Source of the DNA: Candidatus Binatia bacterium
Lineage (GTDB): Bacteria; Desulfobacterota; Binatia; HRBIN30
Direction of reading: 5' to 3'
Length of the DNA stretch: 64,000 bases
NCBI GenBank assembly: GCA_038245295.1
Contig: JBBRSP010000016.1
Coordinates: forward strand, 32,001 to 96,000
The notes under the pieces were generated by a model. That model made no database searches, was not told the origin of the DNA, and was given only the letters and a program-made list of their open reading frames with translations. Positions 59,358 to 64,000 of this stretch are shown piece by piece. Position numbers and translations under genes: made by a program. How positions within the stretch are numbered: the stretch's first letter is position 1; each line of letters begins with the position of its first letter.

Positions 59358-60140
59358 CTACCGCTCGAGATAGGACTTGGTGAACGTCTCGGGCGGGTTC
59401 TGCACGTGTTGCTTGATATCGAGAATCTCCAGACGTGAGGTCGACTGGGTCTGGACGTTCTCCATCGTCTGATCCAGCGGCGTCCACACACCGTCGACGT
59501 CTTCGAGACGCTGCGCCTGCCAGACTTTCAGAAGTGCACCCGCCGTGTCGAAGTATTCGGTTCGCAAACTGACGTTGATGTCGGGCGCAACGCAGTAATC
59601 GATCTTGCCATAGGGATAGCCCGCCTTGGTCGGCACGGCTTCGACCTTCTCGCAGGCACGGCCGTGGATCGTCGCACTGCCTTTGCGGTCGTAGCGGAAC
59701 TCATTCAGGTCCGGGATGTTGATATCGATCATGTAGAACGTCGAGCCGAGGAACGAGTGCTCGAGGGTCCACTGCGGCACACGCACGCTGCGTCGCACCA
59801 CCGGTACGAACGTGTAGTGTTCATCCTCGCCCTGGTCGCGATCAAACGACAAGAAGCGCGTTCCTTTGACGATGTAGGGCGCGGTGATTTCCATATACGT
59901 GGAGCTGCCGTTGTCATTCTGGGTGTGGCGAACTTCGAGGACATGGGTCAGCCCCCCCTGCGCCGACAGCCGCAGGTGCGCTGAAAAGGAAACCTTGGTC
60001 TGATCGAACATCGCTTTCACCAGACGACGCGCTTCGCCATCGTCGGCTCGACTCACCCCGGCCAAGAGCAGCGCACCGAACGTCAGCAGCACAGCCGTGA
60101 CAGCGCACCGAAGTTGGCGGTTTTGGTTGGTCGTGTTCAT
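59358..60140 (-). CDS. Outer-membrane lipoprotein-sorting (LolA-like) protein
   Basis: Signal peptide; P..VKGTRFL, P.VRR.VR, SFLGS.F..D, EYFD..G.LLK, FTKSYLER. Confidence 0.8.
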   Translation of the reverse strand: MNTTNQNRQLRCAVTAVLLTFGALLLAGVSRADDGEARRLVKAMFDQTKVSFSAHLRLSAQGGLTHVLEVRHTQNDNGSSTYMEITAPYIVKGTRFLSFDRDQGEDEHYTFVPVVRRSVRVPQWTLEHSFLGSTFYMIDINIPDLNEFRYDRKGSATIHGRACEKVEAVPTKAGYPYGKIDYCVAPDINVSLRTEYFDTAGALLKVWQAQRLEDVDGVWTPLDQTMENVQTQSTSRLEILDIKQHVQNPPETFTKSYLER

Positions 60141-60336
60141 ACCAGATGCCACTGCAAGCAGTGCACCGGACACGCCTTGGCAATGCTTGCGACAACGCGG
60201 CCCGCGCGCGCACCCGATCGCGGGAATCGGCCCTGACTGTTTCCCAATTCTGAATCACCACGCCGGCATCCGGCCGCGCCCCATCCGCGTCGAGCGTCTG
60301 GCACACGCCTCGCTTCGTCACTCACCAGGAGGCATT

Positions 60337-62181
60337 GTGCGCAGACGACGAGCATGGCCGCTGATCCTCTTCGGGGCAGGGTTCCTCTTCTGCTCGGAGT
60401 CCAACCCGGCGGCAGCGTTCCAGCTTCCGGAGTCGTTACAGCTCAGCGGCAACGTCGAAAGTCAGACGCTGATACGACATAGCAACCCAACCCACTTCCA
60501 ATTGGTGCAGAACCGCAATGTCTTGCGCCTGCACACCGAGTGGGACTGGCAGAAGGAGGGCCAACCCACGCCGGCCTTCTCGCTGCCCTTCGCCTCGAAT
60601 GTGCACCTGAGCCTCCTGTATCGCGGCGTGTACGACAGCTTCTACGATATCAACCCTGGGGATCGGCAGCGCGGGCAGGAACGGACCGACGATCTGGTCG
60701 GCGGACGCGTCGGCAACCTCTCACACTCACAACGCACGGATCTAAAGTTCGACAACGATCTGCGCGAGGGATTCGTCGACATGACGCTGCGAGCCCTGCC
60801 CCTGAGCTTTCGCTTCGGGCGCCAGCAGGTCGTTTGGGGGGAATCCGACCACTTCCGCTTGATGGATCTTTGGAATCCACTCGATGTCCGCTGGCACATG
60901 CATCAAGAGGCGATGTGGGACGAGATCCGCATGCCGCTGTGGCTGCTCAAGGGCGTCTACAACATCGGCACGATCGGTCCACTGAGCGATGCCTACGCCG
61001 AGCTGGTCTACAATCCCGGCGACTACCAACCAGGAATCCGCGCCGACTACCTGCCACGGCCCTGGGCGCTGCCGTTCCCCGACCCGACACGGCAGGGACA
61101 GATCCAATACGACCCGGTCACCAAAGCCAACTTCAGCCCACGCATCGATTTACAGGGCACCAGTGATCACCAGGGCGACTTCCATCGCAACCCAGCCGAA
61201 GCCAGCGAGGTCGGCACACGCGTGTACGCCAAGACACCGCACGGAATCGAATTTACCCTGAACTACTTCTACGGCCGTGGGCGCAACATCGGGGCCTCGT
61301 TGCCGGTGGCGCTGCGGGTCGAATCGGTCAACCTGCCGGGATTGCCGGGCCTCGGTGGCGTACCGATCGGCAAGTACCAGGTCGACAGCAACAACCCATC
61401 CGACGTGCGCGACGTCTATCCGGTCGACTTGAAGGCCAAGATCGTCCATCCGTACCTGAACGTCGCCGGGTTCACCGCGAAGTACTACGACGCGGCGTTC
61501 ACCAACACCTCGTATCGCATGGAGACAGCCTACGTCTTCGGCTCCCCCTTCCACACCGTCGAAAGCGACAAGCTGGTGCGCACCACCTTGCGCGGCCGTG
61601 ACATTCCGGGGCTCAATCTGCCGACCGCACCGCTGGGATTCACCAAACGCGATGTCTGGTCCGGCATGCTCGGCTTCGACCGCGCCGCGATGTTGGAGAG
61701 TGTCAACCAGGAGGCGCCGTGGATCTTCAGCGGCCAATTCTTCTGGACTTACACCACCGGCAAGTTCGTCGACCAGTTGCGCGGCAATGCCGGCACGTCC
61801 GAAGCACCCTACTTCGGCAACGTCGGCGTATGGAAACAAGGACAATACGCCGGTCGTGTGGAACGCCAGCAGGATGCGCGTCAGGTCGGCAACGGCGACG
61901 ACATCCACCGCTGGGAGCATTTGATCACCCTGAGCGCCACCAGCTTCTATCGCAACAGCACCATCGTGCCGATCCTCGCCAACGTGTTCGACCCGGTGAA
62001 TCTGAATGACTCGGTGTTGTGGTCGATCGACTACTTCATGACCAGCAACTTCATCGTCACCGTCAAGCAGTCGTTCTACACCGACTTCGGCGCCAACGTT
62101 CCCAGCAATGACCCGTGGTACGTCGGCGGCCGCCTACACCGCCGCGACGAGACCGGCGTCAAGGTTACCTACCAGTTCTAA
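60337..62181 (+). CDS. DUF1302-like outer-membrane beta-barrel protein
   Basis: Signal peptide; LREGFVD, RFGRQQVVWGESD.F...D..NPLD; C-terminal YQF. Confidence 0.78.
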   Translation: MRRRRAWPLILFGAGFLFCSESNPAAAFQLPESLQLSGNVESQTLIRHSNPTHFQLVQNRNVLRLHTEWDWQKEGQPTPAFSLPFASNVHLSLLYRGVYDSFYDINPGDRQRGQERTDDLVGGRVGNLSHSQRTDLKFDNDLREGFVDMTLRALPLSFRFGRQQVVWGESDHFRLMDLWNPLDVRWHMHQEAMWDEIRMPLWLLKGVYNIGTIGPLSDAYAELVYNPGDYQPGIRADYLPRPWALPFPDPTRQGQIQYDPVTKANFSPRIDLQGTSDHQGDFHRNPAEASEVGTRVYAKTPHGIEFTLNYFYGRGRNIGASLPVALRVESVNLPGLPGLGGVPIGKYQVDSNNPSDVRDVYPVDLKAKIVHPYLNVAGFTAKYYDAAFTNTSYRMETAYVFGSPFHTVESDKLVRTTLRGRDIPGLNLPTAPLGFTKRDVWSGMLGFDRAAMLESVNQEAPWIFSGQFFWTYTTGKFVDQLRGNAGTSEAPYFGNVGVWKQGQYAGRVERQQDARQVGNGDDIHRWEHLITLSATSFYRNSTIVPILANVFDPVNLNDSVLWSIDYFMTSNFIVTVKQSFYTDFGANVPSNDPWYVGGRLHRRDETGVKVTYQF

Positions 62182-62259
62182 GATCGCCCAACCGCCATCT
62201 CAGTGGTGGGGTCATTTCAACCGAGTGCCCATGAGCCCCCGCGTTGTTGGAGACCAAGC

Positions 62260-62408
62260 TCCCCCTCTCCCACTTAGAATGGATTTGTTGATCGGTGGGA
62301 GAGGGCCGGGGTGAGGGCTCGCGCCTGTGCTGGCTGGATCCCGCGGGCCGACGCTCACCCTAACCCTCTCCCACGGTCTGTGATCTAATTCACGGTGCGA
62401 GAGGGGAG
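62260..62408. repeat. CCCTCTCCC/GGGAGAGGG REP hairpins
   Basis: ccccctctcccac...gtgggagagggccggggtgaggg and ctcaccctaaccctctcccac...gagagggg. Confidence 0.75.
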
Positions 62409-62531
62409 TTCGCGATTCCACAACTTCTTCTGAGGAAATGACACCACTACCTCCATATGCGCCGCTCTGGCGCCTGTCGCCGACTTGCGATATCCGACGA
62501 CACCGCACGTCGCACCAGGAGCCAAACGAAC

Positions 62532-63425
62532 ATGCCGAAACTCTCGTCGATCACCGACATCGGACCCAAAACCAAGCTGTGTGCCTTGATCGGTAACCCG
62601 GTCGAGCACTCCATGTCGCCGGCCATCCACAACCGCGCCTTTGCCGAGCTCGGCCTCGACTATGTCTACGTCGCCTTCCGCGTCGAAGACGTCGGCGCTG
62701 CCATTGCCGGCATGCGCGCCTTGGAGAATTTTCGCGGCATGAGTGTGACCATTCCTCACAAGGTTGCGGTCATCCCGCACCTCGATGAGGTCAACGCCGT
62801 CGATCGCGGCATCGGCTCGGTAAACACGGTGTTGAACGACGGCGGCAAGCTGCACGGTTTCGGCACCGATGGACCAGGCGCGCTCAAGGCGCTTACGGAT
62901 GCCGGGGTCCGGGTCAGCGGCCGCAACGTCACCGTCCTCGGCACCGGCGGCGCGGCACGCGCCATTGCCTTCACGCTAGCGACCAAGGCGAAGCCAAAGT
63001 CGCTGCACCTGCTGGGTGTCGTCGCCCCCGAATTGAAAGCGCTGACACGCGATCTACAGCGCAAGACCAAGGCCGCTGTCAGCGGAGCAATGCTCGATCC
63101 GCAAAGCCTCGAGGCGCGGCTCGCCGATACCCACGTGCTCGTCCACTGCACCCCGATCGGCATGCATCCGAACGTCAAGAACAGCGTCGTACCGAAGTCG
63201 CTGCTGCATCGCGATCTGGCGGTGATGGACATCGTCTACAACCCGATCAAGACGCAGCTGCTCGCCGACGCGCAGTCGCGCGGGCTGACCACCGTCTCCG
63301 GCGTCGACATGTTCGTCAACCAGGCCGTCCTGCAATTCGAATTGTGGACCGGCAAGAAGGCGCCGCGCGACATCATGCGCAAAGTTGTCCTGGCGCATCT
63401 CGGTGGCAAGGCGCACAAGAAATGA
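62532..63425 (+). CDS. aroE: Shikimate dehydrogenase
   Basis: GNPVEHSMSPAIHN, SVTIPHK, VNT, TDG.G, GTGGAARA, DIVYNP. Confidence 0.95.
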   Translation: MPKLSSITDIGPKTKLCALIGNPVEHSMSPAIHNRAFAELGLDYVYVAFRVEDVGAAIAGMRALENFRGMSVTIPHKVAVIPHLDEVNAVDRGIGSVNTVLNDGGKLHGFGTDGPGALKALTDAGVRVSGRNVTVLGTGGAARAIAFTLATKAKPKSLHLLGVVAPELKALTRDLQRKTKAAVSGAMLDPQSLEARLADTHVLVHCTPIGMHPNVKNSVVPKSLLHRDLAVMDIVYNPIKTQLLADAQSRGLTTVSGVDMFVNQAVLQFELWTGKKAPRDIMRKVVLAHLGGKAHKK

Positions 63426-63928
63426 ATCTGGTACTGATCGGTTATCGCGGCACCGGCAAGTCGACCATCGGCCGGCGCCTCGCCGGCAAACTAAATCGGC
63501 AAGTGGTCAGCCTCGACCAGGAGATCGTCCGTCACGCCGGCCGACCGATTCCCGAAATCGTCAAGGAACACGGCTGGCCGCACTTCCGCGACATGGAAGC
63601 GGAGATCACCAAGAAGTTTGCGGCGCAGGACAATCTGGTCATCGATTGTGGTGGCGGCGTCATCTTGCGCCCCGACAATGTCGAGAACTTGCGGAGCAAC
63701 GGCATGTTGTTCTGGCTGCGCGCCGCGGTACCGACGATCGTGGCGCGCATCGAAGGCGGCACGCAGCGACCGGCGCTCACCGAGGGCAAGAGCTTCACCG
63801 AAGAGGTCGAAGAGGTTCTGCGCGAACGCACGCCGCTGTATGCCGCCGCGGCGCACCACACGGTCGACACCGACGGCCGACGGCCCGATCAGCTCGTCGC
63901 CGATATCGCGCGGCTGTTCGGCGCCTGA
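63422..63928 (+). CDS. aroK: Shikimate kinase
   Basis: GYRGTGKST P-loop, FRDME, CGGG, RP.L, RTPLY; ATGA overlap with aroE. Confidence 0.95.
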   Translation: MNLVLIGYRGTGKSTIGRRLAGKLNRQVVSLDQEIVRHAGRPIPEIVKEHGWPHFRDMEAEITKKFAAQDNLVIDCGGGVILRPDNVENLRSNGMLFWLRAAVPTIVARIEGGTQRPALTEGKSFTEEVEEVLRERTPLYAAAAHHTVDTDGRRPDQLVADIARLFGA

Positions 63929-64000
63929 GGATACACCGGTTCTGCACCGCAGGCTGAAGAGGTTGTCTCAACACCTAGGCTCACCCTTCGTCCTTCGACA

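Overview
GC-rich bacterial DNA, inferred to be from Candidatus Binatia (Binatota) or a related Deltaproteobacterium because of secreted proteins with CxGDCNGDGxVxxDE dockerin-like modules and Pro/Thr linkers plus DUF4215-type Cys repeats. About 1-48.2 kb is a dense accessory biosynthetic and envelope-modification region with no PKS or NRPS. It holds an HphA/HphCD-like 2-oxoacid chain-extension pair, a P450-ACP-crotonase-FAAL acyl module, three radical SAM enzymes, about nine oxygenases, two amino-sugar aminotransferase/acetyltransferase sets, two ArnC-like GT2 and two GT-C-like membrane proteins, a UbiA, a CmoA coupled to a membrane methyltransferase, two CRTAC1/ASPIC-UnbV proteins and two paralogous secreted Cys-rich CX4CH proteins. 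The most striking element is a cassette at 42.8-45.4 kb: a cyanobacterial aldehyde-deformylating oxygenase (ADO)-like diiron protein, a ligand-depleted ADO paralog and a fatty-acyl-reductase-type SDR. The remaining 48-64 kb is mostly ordinary (yebC, SPFH, hpf, ECF42-type sigma/YciI, BNR+MoaD-like, GDPD, DUF1302/LolA-like, aroE-aroK), with three REP families, a 102-bp MITE with a 9-bp target duplication, and gene remnants. All family calls come from motif recognition by eye; no searches were run.
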